Positions 1 through 12,171 of a DNA stretch of 64,000 bases are shown here, one piece after another. The DNA lies in contig CAXXUK010000002.1 in NCBI GenBank assembly GCA_963665125.2, positions 864,001 to 928,000 on the forward strand, read 5' to 3'. The stretch's first letter is position 1. Every line of letters starts with the position of its first letter. The notes beneath the pieces are model-generated. The model had not been told where the DNA came from. It saw nothing but the letters and a program-made list of their open reading frames with translations, and ran no database searches. The position numbers and the translations under genes were made by a program. This DNA comes from an uncultured Desulfarculus sp. Its GTDB lineage: Bacteria > Desulfobacterota > Desulfarculia > Desulfarculales > Desulfarculaceae.

Positions 1-1553
<1,553 letters not shown>

Positions 1554-1579
1554 CCAACCGCCGCATTGATCAACAAAAC

Positions 1580-1612
1580 AGGCCGCACCGGTTTTCCGGT
1601 GCGGCCTTTATA
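1580..1612. terminator. Intrinsic terminator between convergent genes
   Basis: Perfect hairpin AGGCCGCACCGG-TTTT-CCGGTGCGGCCT with A/T-rich flanks. Confidence 0.75.
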
Positions 1613-1627
1613 TTTGGCGCAGTACCG

Positions 1628-2068
1628 TTATTTACAGTATTTGATGGAATCGGCGCCGGTGTAGTTTTCGAACATGGGCTCCGAACTGAAGTCGGTGATG
1701 CCGATTTTGAAGCTGACGTGGTCCAATAGGATTTCCGTAGCGTGGCGGGTGCCCGAGACATCCATTTGCAGGTCCATGCTGGCCTGTCCCAAGGTGCCCG
1801 AGCCCTTGACAAGGTAGGTGCCCCGTTCGCCCTTGCTCATGGTGTTGCCGTAGCCGGTGACTTTGAAGATGCGTTTGGGCTTTTTACCCACCGGGTAAAC
1901 TGTCACCGTGCCCGACAGGTTGCCTTCCAGCGTGTTCAGGGAAACCCTGATCTCCGGGCCCTTGGTTGGCGTAAGGACCAGGCAGGTGGTTTTGGCCCAG
2001 GCAGAGGATGCGAAAAAGGCAACCAACAGCATGGCTGCGATCAGGTAGGTAAAGGATTTCATCTTCAT
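1628..2068 (-). CDS. Hypothetical exported protein
   Basis: 146-aa ORF with a GAGGA RBS and a Sec-type signal peptide ending in AWA. Confidence 0.75.
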   Translation of the reverse strand: MKMKSFTYLIAAMLLVAFFASSAWAKTTCLVLTPTKGPEIRVSLNTLEGNLSGTVTVYPVGKKPKRIFKVTGYGNTMSKGERGTYLVKGSGTLGQASMDLQMDVSGTRHATEILLDHVSFKIGITDFSSEPMFENYTGADSIKYCK

Positions 2069-2109
2069 TAGCTGTTCCTCAACGTGGCTTGGCTTGCGTC
2101 AGGGTAGCG

Positions 2110-2502
2110 CTATCCTCTGTGGCAAACGGCCTCAATTTCCACCTTACCGCCCCTGGGCAGGGCCGCAACCTGGATACAGGCCCTGGCCGGGAGGTTGTCC
2201 ATGCCTTCGAACTTGGCGGCGTATATGTCATTGACCGTGGCAAAATCGTTCATGTCGGTCAGATAGATGGTGGCCTTGGCCAGGCTTTGCAAATCCAACC
2301 CCGCAGCCCTGACGATGGCTTCGATATTGGCCATGGCTTGTTTGGCCTGGCCGGATGCGTCGTCGGAGGCCATTTCTCCGGTTTCGGGCAACAAGCCAAG
2401 CTGGCCGGATATGAAAAGCAGGTCGCCGGCCCAACGGGCCTGGGCATAGGGGCCTAGGGCGGCGGGGGCGTCAGGGGCGTTGATGGTTATGTCTGAGTAC
2501 AT
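2110..2502 (-). CDS. ridA: RidA/YjgF family enamine-imine deaminase
   Basis: APAALGPYAQA, ISGQLG and PARACIQVAALPRGGKVEIEA motifs. Start placed at the ATG after AAGGAG. Confidence 0.9.
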   Translation of the reverse strand: MYSDITINAPDAPAALGPYAQARWAGDLLFISGQLGLLPETGEMASDDASGQAKQAMANIEAIVRAAGLDLQSLAKATIYLTDMNDFATVNDIYAAKFEGMDNLPARACIQVAALPRGGKVEIEAVCHRG

Positions 2503-2956
2503 GCGGTCTCCTTGTGGGGCTGGTGCCAACGGATTTATGCGCAGTCCAAGGCTATTGCTCGACATAATCAATCATGCCGGATCGGAAGGCCCTGCTAAAT
2601 TTTGAGCCATTTAAACCAGGTGGACTGAGCCGTTAGGTAGAGTTAACTTTTTACCACATACTTAAAGAAAAAGCCAGGAGGCCGCCCGCAAGGCCTGGGC
2701 TCACTGCTCCAAGACCGCCGCCAAATCCCAACTCCCCCGCTTTTTTATCAATATCCTCGGCGTGGCGGCGAATTTATCCCGCGTTGCGACCTGGCTGATG
2801 ACGCCAAGGAGTCCGCAGTGCAGATAGCCGGCCTTTTAAAATATCCAATTCCACACTCTTTTTATGTAATATCCTGAGAAGTGATTACGTCAACTACGTC
2901 AAGGCAGCGTGGTTTAAACGGAAAATCATTTGTCGCCATTTTTGGGGAGGCCGGAA

Positions 2957-3571
2957 ATGAAAAGACTGGGTCTTTTAATTTTTACCGTTCTGGCGTTTGC
3001 GGCGCTGTTGGCCTATGGCTCCGGGGCTTACGCCCAGGAAATCAAGTATGACGTTAAAAAGCCGGGAATACTTCCGCTGGGCGCGGACCAAAAGTGCTTG
3101 TCCGGCTTTACCATGGTTGGTAAGGCCAAGGTAAAGCATTGCGCCAAATGCCCCGGCGACTATCGTGTGGTGACCACCGCAAAGGGCGATATCATTTGCC
3201 TGAGAGAAAAGATGCATCCCCACATGCGAGTGCCGGATGGTTATCAGCCTGAGTTCAAAAAACCCGGATCAGGCAACAAGTGCAACGAAAATCAGCAACT
3301 TATAGATTTGTATGGGCATAAGCACTGCATCAGGTGCAAGGATAATTACAAATACCACCCATATTACGGACAAGGTCGCTGCCTCAAGTGTAATGACAAT
3401 GAAACCCTGGCCGAGATCAGCGAAAAGATCATGTGCCATTCGTGCCCGGGCAATTCGCAGCTTGTCAATGCGCACACTGGCTTTGGTCTGTTCTGCGTTT
3501 GCCGCGGCGGCAAGCTATTTGGCCGGGGACCCAACGGATACGGCTGCTACGATCCTCCCGCAAAGCCCTAA
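2957..3571 (+). CDS. Cysteine-rich exported hypothetical protein
   Basis: GGAGG RBS, signal peptide ending AYA, 14 Cys including four CxxC motifs, no CxxCH. Confidence 0.8.
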   Translation: MKRLGLLIFTVLAFAALLAYGSGAYAQEIKYDVKKPGILPLGADQKCLSGFTMVGKAKVKHCAKCPGDYRVVTTAKGDIICLREKMHPHMRVPDGYQPEFKKPGSGNKCNENQQLIDLYGHKHCIRCKDNYKYHPYYGQGRCLKCNDNETLAEISEKIMCHSCPGNSQLVNAHTGFGLFCVCRGGKLFGRGPNGYGCYDPPAKP

Positions 3572-3619
3572 TGGCGACAAGGGGCCTGGACAACGGCGTC
3601 CAGGCCCTCGGATATCCAA

Positions 3620-3694
3620 TGGAGCCGGCGGTAGGAATTGAACCAACGACCTGCTGATTACGAATCAGCTGCTCTACCCCTGAGCTACGCCGGC
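3620..3694 (-). tRNA. tRNA-Thr (CGT)
   Basis: Cloverleaf GCCGGCGTAGCTCAGGGGTAGAGCAGCTGATTCGTAATCAGCAGGTCGTTGGTTCAATTCCTACCGCCGGCTCCA with encoded CCA. Confidence 0.96.
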
Positions 3695-3923
3695 GAAATG
3701 CTGAAAATCTCATATACACTGTCAAGTTAGACTGGTCAAGGCGGATTTTGAAAGTGGGTAAAACTGGCCGAAATTGGCTAAAATAATCCTCCCTGGGTGT
3801 GGTATCGAATACCAGCATCTACTTGCATCAACATAGGTCAACCCGTCCTTGCTCCCGGCACGGCAATTCCTTACAATTGTAACTATATGTCCCGCCAATT
3901 GTTTTCACGAAAGGACACGCCCC

Positions 3924-4334
3924 ATGAGCCCCACGACCTTGATGCTGGTGTCGATTGTCGCCCTCTGCGCGGCTTTGGCCATGTGCGCCTTCACGGTAAT
4001 GGCCTGGTTTCGCTCCAAGACGGTTGTGGAACACGCCACGGCCCTGGTCAAGCTGGCCGATGACAAGAGTAAAAACGCCGTGGAAATTTACAACCAGGCT
4101 GCGGTAAGGATCAAGGTGGTGCAGGAAATAGTGTCCATGCCTGCTCTGCAAATGGCGGTGCAACAGGCGGCCACGGACAATTTCGAGGCGGCGGCTGAAC
4201 TACAGGCGGCTATCCAGCAGCTACAAAAACTGACAGCCAGCGCGGAGCCCGATAGACTTATGGAGATAGAGGCGAAGTATATTCTGCAATTCAAGGAGCT
4301 TATGAAGGCGCTGGGAGTGAAGCAGGAGAAGTAG
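3924..4334 (+). CDS. Hypothetical membrane-anchored helical protein
   Basis: AAGGA RBS, one N-terminal hydrophobic segment, then an Ala/Gln-rich helical region. Confidence 0.7.
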   Translation: MSPTTLMLVSIVALCAALAMCAFTVMAWFRSKTVVEHATALVKLADDKSKNAVEIYNQAAVRIKVVQEIVSMPALQMAVQQAATDNFEAAAELQAAIQQLQKLTASAEPDRLMEIEAKYILQFKELMKALGVKQEK

Positions 4335-4461
4335 GGCGGGTAGAGCGCTTTGTGGGCCGGTTTGCGGGTTGTTGGCCGGATTTGGTTTAATCCAAGGTTT
4401 GAAATGCGTGCCCGGTTCATATAGAATTACCTCTTGCTGATTACCGAAATAAGGAGAAAAA

Positions 4462-5892
4462 ATGAACGCCGAGGCCGCATTGAAACAAGACGCAGCCCTA
4501 CCCTATAAAGTGGCTGATATCTCCTTGGCCGAGTTTGGCCGCAAAGAGATTGAAATAGCTGAAAAGGAAATGCCCGGCCTGATGGCCACCCGGGAGAAGT
4601 ACGGCCCGTTGAAGCCGCTCAAGGGCGCGCGCATCAGCGGCAGTCTGCATATGACCATCCAGACCGCCGTGCTCATCGAGACTTTGGTGGAGCTGGGCGC
4701 CGACGTGCGCTGGGCGTCGTGCAACATCTTTTCCACCCAGGATCACGCCGCCGCGGCCATAGCCGCCTCGGGCGTCCCGGTGTTCGCCTGGAAAGGCGAA
4801 ACTCTGGAGGAATATTGGTGGTGCACCAAGCAGGCCCTGACCTGGCCCGACGGCAGCGGCCCAAACCTTGTGGTCGATGACGGCGGCGACGCCACCCTAA
4901 TTATCCACAAGGGTTATTTCTGTGAGGAAGACCCGGCCCTGTTGGACGAGCCCACCGACGACAAAGAGCTCAAATGCGTAATGCAGTTGCTCAAGGATAT
5001 CTACGCTCAAGACCCCCAGCATTGGCACAAAGTCGTCAAGGATTGGAAAGGCGTAAGCGAAGAGACCACCACCGGCGTGCATCGTCTGTATCATATGGCC
5101 ACCGACGGCAAGCTGCTGGTCCCGGCCATCAATGTCAACGACTCGGTAACCAAGAGCAAGTTTGACAACATCTACGGCTGCCGCGAATCCCTGGTGGACG
5201 GCATCAAGCGGGCCACCGACGTGATGGTGGCCGGCAAGGTGGCCATGGTCTGCGGCTACGGCGACGTTGGCAAGGGCTGCGCCGACGCCCTCAGCGGTCA
5301 CAAGGCCCGGGTCATGGTTTCGGAGATCGACCCCATCTGCGCCCTGCAGGCCTACATGGCCGGCTACAAGGTCGTGACCATGGAAGACGCCTTGCCCCTG
5401 GCCGACATCTATGTGACCACCACCGGCAACTGTGATATCATCACCGCCGAGCACATGTCCAAGATGAAGGACCAGGCCATCGTCTGCAACATCGGCCACT
5501 TTGACAACGAGATTCAGGTCGATGCCCTCAACGCCTGGCCCGGCGTGCAGAAGATCAACATCAAGCCCCAGGTGGACAAATATCTCTTCGCGGACGGCCA
5601 CTGCATCTACATGCTGGCCGAGGGCCGCTTGGTCAACCTGGGCTGTGCCACGGGCCATCCCAGCTTTGTGATGAGCAACAGCTTCACCAACCAGACCCTG
5701 GCCCAGATGGATCTGTGGCAGAGCGACCACGAGATCGGCGTGTACACCCTGTCCAAGAAGCTGGACGAGGAAGTGGCAATGCTGCACTTGGGCAAGCTGG
5801 GCGCCAGGCTGACCAAGCTCAACCAGAAGCAGGCCGACTATATCGGTGTGTCCGTCGATGGCCCGTTCAAGCCGGATCATTATCGCTACTAA
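4462..5892 (+). CDS. ahcY: S-adenosyl-L-homocysteine hydrolase
   Basis: [30 protein letters not shown] and C-terminal [10 protein letters not shown]. Confidence 0.98.
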   Translation: MNAEAALKQDAALPYKVADISLAEFGRKEIEIAEKEMPGLMATREKYGPLKPLKGARISGSLHMTIQTAVLIETLVELGADVRWASCNIFSTQDHAAAAIAASGVPVFAWKGETLEEYWWCTKQALTWPDGSGPNLVVDDGGDATLIIHKGYFCEEDPALLDEPTDDKELKCVMQLLKDIYAQDPQHWHKVVKDWKGVSEETTTGVHRLYHMATDGKLLVPAINVNDSVTKSKFDNIYGCRESLVDGIKRATDVMVAGKVAMVCGYGDVGKGCADALSGHKARVMVSEIDPICALQAYMAGYKVVTMEDALPLADIYVTTTGNCDIITAEHMSKMKDQAIVCNIGHFDNEIQVDALNAWPGVQKINIKPQVDKYLFADGHCIYMLAEGRLVNLGCATGHPSFVMSNSFTNQTLAQMDLWQSDHEIGVYTLSKKLDEEVAMLHLGKLGARLTKLNQKQADYIGVSVDGPFKPDHYRY

Positions 5893-5913
5893 TCAGCGAT
5901 TCCAAGAAATTAC

Positions 5914-5999
5914 AAGCGGCGGTGCGCTGATGGCACCGCCGCTTTTGTTTTAGACGTGGGGCGTAAAAAAAGCGGCAAGGCCATCAGCCCTGCCGCTTT
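5914..5999. terminator. Two adjacent, oppositely oriented intrinsic terminators for ahcY (+) and metK (-)
   Basis: AAGCGGCGGTGC-GCTGATG-GCACCGCCGCTTTT on +, and AAAGCGGCAGGGC-TGATG-GCCTTGCCGCTTTTTTT on -. Confidence 0.8.
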
Positions 6000-6021
6000 G
6001 TCGCGTTTTATGCGTTATGGC

Positions 6022-7188
6022 TTACTTGACGGCGTCCTTGAGGGCGTCGGCCATGTCCCGGCGCTCCCAGGTAAAGCCCTTGTCTTCCTCGCGGCCAAAG
6101 TGGCCATAGGCAGCCGTACGCTTGTACATGGGCTGCTTGAGCTCAAGCTTTTGGATCATCATGGCCGGGCGGAAGTCAAAGACCCTGCGCACGGCTTCAA
6201 CGATTTTATTGTTGTCCACTGCCTCGGTTCCGTAGGTGTTGACCAGCACGGAAACCGGCTGGGGCACGCCGATGGCATAGGCCACCTGGACCTCGCACTT
6301 GCGGGCCAGTCCGGCGGCGACCACGTTTTTGGCGACATAGCGGGCGAAGTAGCTGCCCGAGCGGTCTACCTTGGAGGGGTCCTTGCCCGAGAAACAACCG
6401 CCACCGTGGCTGCCCTGGCCGCCGTAGGTGTCAACGATGATCTTGCGGCCGGTCAGGCCGCAGTCGCCGTGGGGGCCGCCGACCACGAAACGGCCGGTGG
6501 TGTTGATGAACATCTTGGTGTCGCCGTCGATCATTTCAGCGGGAATGATCTTGCGGATGACGTCTTCGATAATGGCCTCGCGCAGACGTTCCTGCTTGAT
6601 GTCGGGGCTGTGCTGGGCCGCCACGACAATGGTGTCGACGCGCTTGGGCTGGTCGTTTTCATACTCAACGGTCACCTGGGTTTTGCCGTCGGGGCGCAGA
6701 AAACCCAAAGATCCGTTTTTCCGCACCTTGGCCAAACGTCTGGCCAGGTTGTGGGCATAGTGAATGGGCGCGGGCATCAGCTCGGGGGTTTCGTCGCAGG
6801 CATAACCGAACATAAGGCCCTGGTCGCCGGCGCCTTGCTCGCCGAACATGGCGGTGTCTTCGTCCACGCCCATGGCGATGTCGGGCGACTGCTTGTCCAG
6901 GCTGGTCATCACCGCGCAGGTTTCCCAGTCAAAGCCCATTGAGGAGTTGGAGTAGCCAATCTCCTTGATGGTTTCGCGGACGATTGAGGGGATGTCCACA
7001 TAAGTCAACGTGGTGACTTCACCGGCCACAATGGCCATACCCGTGGTGACCAGAGTTTCGCAGGCCACGCGGCTGTTGGGATCGTCGGTGAGCATGGCGT
7101 CGAGAATGGCGTCGCTGATCTGGTCTGCTACCTTGTCCGGATGGCCTTCTGTGACGGATTCGCTGGTGAAAAGGTAATTTGAACTCAT
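6022..7188 (-). CDS. metK: S-adenosylmethionine synthetase
   Basis: [19 protein letters not shown] and [16 protein letters not shown] motifs. Confidence 0.98.
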   Translation of the reverse strand: MSSNYLFTSESVTEGHPDKVADQISDAILDAMLTDDPNSRVACETLVTTGMAIVAGEVTTLTYVDIPSIVRETIKEIGYSNSSMGFDWETCAVMTSLDKQSPDIAMGVDEDTAMFGEQGAGDQGLMFGYACDETPELMPAPIHYAHNLARRLAKVRKNGSLGFLRPDGKTQVTVEYENDQPKRVDTIVVAAQHSPDIKQERLREAIIEDVIRKIIPAEMIDGDTKMFINTTGRFVVGGPHGDCGLTGRKIIVDTYGGQGSHGGGCFSGKDPSKVDRSGSYFARYVAKNVVAAGLARKCEVQVAYAIGVPQPVSVLVNTYGTEAVDNNKIVEAVRRVFDFRPAMMIQKLELKQPMYKRTAAYGHFGREEDKGFTWERRDMADALKDAVK

Positions 7189-7541
7189 GGTTCAGCTCTC
7201 CTTATAAGTTACTCTGGCATGTTGCTTCCAGACAGCCTGCCAGATGGGCCGTGTACGGCCCGTCAATTGCACGATACCAAAAAATCAAGCAAAAATAGCT
7301 AGTTGTCAATATCGCACTTTCCCCAAATAACGATCGAAAAAGTCCACGGCGGACTTTTTCGACAAGATGCTTGAGCATAGGGATTGAACCACTAAAGGCC
7401 GGTATTGTCAAGACGCAGGCGCACTTGTACCGCAATGCACAGCGAACAAAATGCCGCACAATAACTCAAGGGTTTAGCGGAGTTGCGAAGATCGTACAGC
7501 CGAGTCCGACACCAATGGCGGCGCACAGGGCCGGCGGCTGG

Positions 7542-7931
7542 TTAAATCACCCGGCGCAGGGCCAGTTTCTTGTCGCTGTAGACCCTTTTGATCTCGTTGC
7601 CCTCGCCCACCAAAACCACCTTGGGCTCGTGTTTGGCCACTTCTTCCTCGTTGAGCCAGGCCGTGGTGACCATGATCACCAGGTCGCCGGGCTGGGCCAT
7701 GCGGGCCGCGGCTCCGTTGAGGCAGATAACGCGACTGCCGGGTTCGCCGGGGATAACGTAAGTCTCGAAACGGTCGCCGGTGTTGATGTTGTAGATCTGG
7801 ACCATTTCGTGGGGGACAATCTCTGCTGCGTCCAATAACTCCTGATCCACGGTGACGCTGCCTTCGTAGTGCAGGTCAGCCTGGGTTACCGTGGCGCGGT
7901 GAATTTTGGACTTCATCATCCAACGATGCAT
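7542..7931 (-). CDS. panD: Aspartate 1-decarboxylase
   Basis: KSKIHRATVT..LHYEGS (Gly-Ser autocleavage site), RFETY and LNGAAAR. Confidence 0.95.
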   Translation of the reverse strand: MHRWMMKSKIHRATVTQADLHYEGSVTVDQELLDAAEIVPHEMVQIYNINTGDRFETYVIPGEPGSRVICLNGAAARMAQPGDLVIMVTTAWLNEEEVAKHEPKVVLVGEGNEIKRVYSDKKLALRRVI

Positions 7932-7942
7932 GACAATTCCCT

Positions 7943-8797
7943 CTAGTTCATGGGTGTGTTGTCGATCAATCGGGTACTCCCCATCCATACGGCGAGGGCC
8001 ATGCGCGCCGGACGGTCCAGCGTGGCCAGGCTCTCAAGATTGGTGGAGTCCACTATCTCAATATATTCGATGCGCGTGGGGTCGACCTTGGCGATCTCAT
8101 CCCTCGCGGCTTCAATCAATCTGGCGCAGTCGGTCTCCCCGGCTTCGGCCAAGGCCCTTGCCTTTTGCTGGCCCCGCCAAAGGGCCAGGGCCCGTTGGCG
8201 TTCGTCGGTGCTGAGGTGGACGTTTCGCGAACTCATGGCCAGTCCGTCGGTTTCCCGCACGGTGGGTCTGCCCACCACCTCTACGTCGAGATTCATGTCC
8301 AAGACCATGCGCTTGATCAGGGTAAGCTGCTGAAAATCTTTTTCGCCAAAGGCCGCGGTATTGGGCTTTACGGCGTTGAACAGCTTGAGCACCACGGTGG
8401 TCACACCGTCGAAATGGCCGGTGCGGACCTTGCCGCACAGCAGGTTGTTGGGGCCGTCCACGATGACCTTGGTGCAGTAGCCCTGAGGGTACATAGCTTC
8501 GGCGGTGGGGAAGTAGATGACCGAAACCCCGCGCTCGGCGCAAAGGGCCTTGTCCGTGTCAAAAGTGCGCGGGTAGGAGTTGAGGTCGTCGGGCCGCTCG
8601 AATTGCAGCGGATTGACGAAGATGCTGACCACGACTTCGTCGCAGACCTCTCGGACATATTCAATCAGTGACAGATGACCCTGGTGCAGGGCGCCCATGG
8701 TCGGTACGAAACCGACTTTTAGTCCCTTGGCCCGTTGGGCCAGGCTGTGGGCCTGCATCTCGGCTGGAGTGCGGATTACAATGGGGTCTTTTGACAT
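7943..8797 (-). CDS. panC: Pantoate--beta-alanine ligase
   Basis: FVPTMGALHQGH, FGEKDFQQL, GLAMSSRN and RLIDN. Confidence 0.97.
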   Translation of the reverse strand: MSKDPIVIRTPAEMQAHSLAQRAKGLKVGFVPTMGALHQGHLSLIEYVREVCDEVVVSIFVNPLQFERPDDLNSYPRTFDTDKALCAERGVSVIYFPTAEAMYPQGYCTKVIVDGPNNLLCGKVRTGHFDGVTTVVLKLFNAVKPNTAAFGEKDFQQLTLIKRMVLDMNLDVEVVGRPTVRETDGLAMSSRNVHLSTDERQRALALWRGQQKARALAEAGETDCARLIEAARDEIAKVDPTRIEYIEIVDSTNLESLATLDRPARMALAVWMGSTRLIDNTPMN

Positions 8798-8993
8798 GTC
8801 CACCCGTCCCGGTCGCCCTTGGCAATCCAAGCGGTAATTATTGATAAACCAAACAAAACGAAACTTGGGCCTTTACTGTCTGCCCGTGGTTCATGGACCA
8901 TCAAACGACTGGCTTTGGGGTTTCGTTGGTGCAAAAGATAGCGCAGCAACTGAACGTTGTCCAGTTTTTATTCACCGAATCGTTTCCAGAGAT

Positions 8994-11198
8994 TCACAAT
9001 TTCGCATTGTTTAGTACGCCCAGGACGGTTTTCGTAAGCTCATCGGCTCGATACGGCTTGGCAATGTAGGCGGCGGCGGCGTCTCGGGGCCGGCTCTCCG
9101 GTTGGTTTGGGGCGTAGCCGCTGACTATTACGACCTTGAGCCGGCTGTCAAAGGCCAACAGCTCATCAAGGCAGCGAACGCCGCCCATGCCGGGCATGTT
9201 TATGTCCAACAGGACCAGATCAATTTTTTCCGGGTTTGCAAGGTACAAGGCCAATGCCTGTTCGCCGTTTTCGGCCTGTATGGTTTCGAGTCCGCATTTG
9301 CCCAGGATTCCACTGGCCGTTTCGCGCAGGGCAGCTTCGTCGTCGACCACCAGCACGGTGTGGGGGCCGTCCAACGGCTTGGATAGTCTTTCTTCCTGGG
9401 CTGGATTAAGATCCGGCTGGGTTTGGCCCGGATGATAGGGCCAATACAGGTCGAAGCGGGTTCCCCGGCCGGGGCTGCTTTGGCAGGTGACGTGGCCGCC
9501 ATGGTTCTTGACGATGCCAAAGACCATGGCCAGGCCCAAGCCGGTGCCCTTGCCGATCTCCTTTTGGGTGAAAAAGGGATCGAATATGTGCTCCAAGGTT
9601 TCCTGATCCATGCCTTGGCCGGTGTCGGATACCGACAGGTGCAGATAGACGCCCGGTTTGCAGCCTTCGTGAGGGCGGCACTGTTCTTCGTTCAGTTCAA
9701 CCTGCCGGGTGGTGATGGTCAACATACCTCCGTCGGGCATGGCGTCCCGGGCGTTGCTGCCCAGATTCATCAGCACCTGGCTTAGTTGGCTGGCATCCAT
9801 CAGCACCAGGGGCAGTCCTTCGGCCAAGTCCAGCTCAATAGTGATCATCCTGGGGATGATCCTGCGGAGCATGTCGACGGCTAGGCTCACTTGGTGATTG
9901 AAGTCAATGGGCTTTAATATGGGATCGACTTTGCGGCTGAAGGTCAGGATGCCTCGGACCAGTTCCTTGCCCTTGTCGCTGATGTCAAGTATTTGGTCCA
10001 GCTCTCGTGACGGCGCGATGCCGTCCTCGATGTTGAAATGAGCGATTTCGGCATAACCGGTGATGGCCGCCAAGAGGTTGTTGAAGTCGTGGGCTATGCC
10101 GCCGGCCAGGGTGCCGACGGCCTCCATTTTCTGGGCTTGGTGCAGTTGCGCCTCCAATAGACGCATCTCGGTTATGTCCTTGAGCAGGCCCACCATGCCT
10201 TCGACTTGGTTGTTTTGGTTTAAACGGGGGGCCGCGCTCAATATAAAATGAACTTCCTTGCCACGGCTGTCCAGAAGGACCACCTCCATTCCCTGGACGG
10301 TGCGGCCAGAGACAAACACGTCTTCCATGGCCTTTTCGATATCCTGGGAATGTTCGGGGCTGCCGATTTCAGCCAGGCGGGTGCCTATCAACAGCGGGGG
10401 CGAGTAACCCAGGGCGGTGTCCACCGTGGGGTTGACATAGGTGAACCGGCCCTGGGCGTTAATCGTGAAAATGACATCCGGGGCATTTTCCCCCAGACTG
10501 CGGAAACGGGCCTCGCTTATGCGCAAGTCGGCGCTTACGGCCTGTTCGCTTTCAAGGGCTTCCTTGAGGCCTTCGAGCATCCGGGCTGTGATGATGGTGA
10601 TGAAGGAATTGAGGAGCATGAAGTTGGCGCCCATCACCAGCCACTGCTGAAGCGGATTAGGCTGGCATCCGGCCCAGGGCAGCAGGTCGGCGGCCAATCC
10701 CACGGCCACCAGGGCGAACACCAGGAAAGCAAACAGCAGCATCCAGGCACCGGCACCCAGGCCGATGAGGCCGGCGGCCAGCACCGACGATGCGAAAAGC
10801 CACATGTATCCGGCGCCATGGGGCCCAAGCATGAACATAAGGCCCGCGCCCAGGGCGAACACCAATAGGCATACCACCCAGGCCCTGACAGCCAGAGAGC
10901 GGTTTTGATTGAAAAACACGGCCAAGGCGACGCCGTAGGCCAATGCGTCGATGGCGGCGACCGCCCAGCGGCCCTCGACAAGAGCCAGAGCCACCGAAGG
11001 GACAAGGGCCAGAGGCGCGAAATATACCGACAGCAGCAGCAAAGTGAGAAGAATGCGCTCGCGCCAAAAGGTCAACCTGTCGGCCTGCCAGGCATATTCC
11101 GGTAGGTGACGTCTTTCCAGGCGCCGCCATAAGTGGGGAAATTTTTGAAAAGATGCTAGCGCCAATTCCCACTCAAACCGATTTGCATGTTGTACCAA
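8994..11198 (-). CDS. Membrane-bound PAS-domain hybrid sensor histidine kinase/response regulator
   Basis: N-terminal multi-TM region, PAS domain, [12 protein letters not shown]-box, GKGTGLGL G-box and C-terminal receiver (LDINMP). Start uncertain. Confidence 0.92.
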   Translation of the reverse strand: MVQHANRFEWELALASFQKFPHLWRRLERRHLPEYAWQADRLTFWRERILLTLLLLSVYFAPLALVPSVALALVEGRWAVAAIDALAYGVALAVFFNQNRSLAVRAWVVCLLVFALGAGLMFMLGPHGAGYMWLFASSVLAAGLIGLGAGAWMLLFAFLVFALVAVGLAADLLPWAGCQPNPLQQWLVMGANFMLLNSFITIITARMLEGLKEALESEQAVSADLRISEARFRSLGENAPDVIFTINAQGRFTYVNPTVDTALGYSPPLLIGTRLAEIGSPEHSQDIEKAMEDVFVSGRTVQGMEVVLLDSRGKEVHFILSAAPRLNQNNQVEGMVGLLKDITEMRLLEAQLHQAQKMEAVGTLAGGIAHDFNNLLAAITGYAEIAHFNIEDGIAPSRELDQILDISDKGKELVRGILTFSRKVDPILKPIDFNHQVSLAVDMLRRIIPRMITIELDLAEGLPLVLMDASQLSQVLMNLGSNARDAMPDGGMLTITTRQVELNEEQCRPHEGCKPGVYLHLSVSDTGQGMDQETLEHIFDPFFTQKEIGKGTGLGLAMVFGIVKNHGGHVTCQSSPGRGTRFDLYWPYHPGQTQPDLNPAQEERLSKPLDGPHTVLVVDDEAALRETASGILGKCGLETIQAENGEQALALYLANPEKIDLVLLDINMPGMGGVRCLDELLAFDSRLKVVIVSGYAPNQPESRPRDAAAAYIAKPYRADELTKTVLGVLNNAKL

Positions 11199-11314
11199 TA
11201 TGAACTGCTAGAAAATACTAAAAGTCTAACATACGACAGAAACCATGCATATCCAGAATGAGGAAAACACTGGTGTTTCATGCGGATTTGGAAGTGAGGG
11301 GCGAGCAATACGTA

Positions 11315-12163
11315 TCAGGCGGCGGGAACGTCCAGGGCTTCGGCGATGACGCCCAACTGGTTTATATCCATTTGCTCGGCCCTCATGCCGGGGTTGATGC
11401 CGGCGGCCTCCAGGGCCTCGGCAATGGCGGTTCGTTCCCGGCCCAGGCCAGCGGCCAGGGAGTTGGCCACGGTCTTGCGGCGCTGGCTGAAGGCGGCCTT
11501 GACCACTTCGCCGAACCATTGGGGGGCCTGTTCGGCTATCGGGACCATTGGGCTTTCCCGCAAATTGAGATGCACCACCTGGCTTTCAACTTTGGGTTCG
11601 GGGAAAAACTGCTTGCGGCCGATGACCATGCCCTGCCTGACATTGCAATACGTCTGGACCATCACACTCAGGCGGCCCCACTGTTTGCCGCCTGGTTTGG
11701 CCACCAGCCTGTCGGCAACCTCCCGCTGGATCATCATGGTGGCCGAACGCCAGCACGAAGGTGCCTTCATGAGATTGAACAGCAGCGGCGAAGTGATGTT
11801 GTACGGCAGGTTGCTCAGGATGACCAGGGGCGATCCGGCCTTGGCGGCCAATTCCCGCCAGTCGACCTTGAGAACGTCCTGCAGGCGGGGTTCGACGTTG
11901 GTGATGCCTTTTTCGGCCAGGATCCGGCCCAATACCTCGAACACGCCCCTGTCTACCTCCAGGGCGATGACCTTCGCGGCCAGGCCGGCGGCGGCCATGG
12001 TCAGGGCGCCAAGCCCGGGGCCTATCTCCAGCACCGTGTCGCCGGGTTGAATGCCCGCCGAATCGACAACGGCCTGTGACGTGGCCGGCTGGGTCAGGAA
12101 GTTCTGGCCCCTGGCCTTGGATGCGTGCAACTGGTGCATGTTCATTAATTGGCGGGGATGCAT
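11315..12163 (-). CDS. rsmA: 16S rRNA m6,2A dimethyltransferase
   Basis: GQNFL, LEIGPGLGALT, NLPYNIT and FSQRRKT. Confidence 0.95.
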   Translation of the reverse strand: MHPRQLMNMHQLHASKARGQNFLTQPATSQAVVDSAGIQPGDTVLEIGPGLGALTMAAAGLAAKVIALEVDRGVFEVLGRILAEKGITNVEPRLQDVLKVDWRELAAKAGSPLVILSNLPYNITSPLLFNLMKAPSCWRSATMMIQREVADRLVAKPGGKQWGRLSVMVQTYCNVRQGMVIGRKQFFPEPKVESQVVHLNLRESPMVPIAEQAPQWFGEVVKAAFSQRRKTVANSLAAGLGRERTAIAEALEAAGINPGMRAEQMDINQLGVIAEALDVPAA

Positions 12164-12171
12164 ATATTCAC

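Noticed and set aside
2957..3571. Multiheme cytochrome
   Set aside because: The CxxC motifs are not followed by His.
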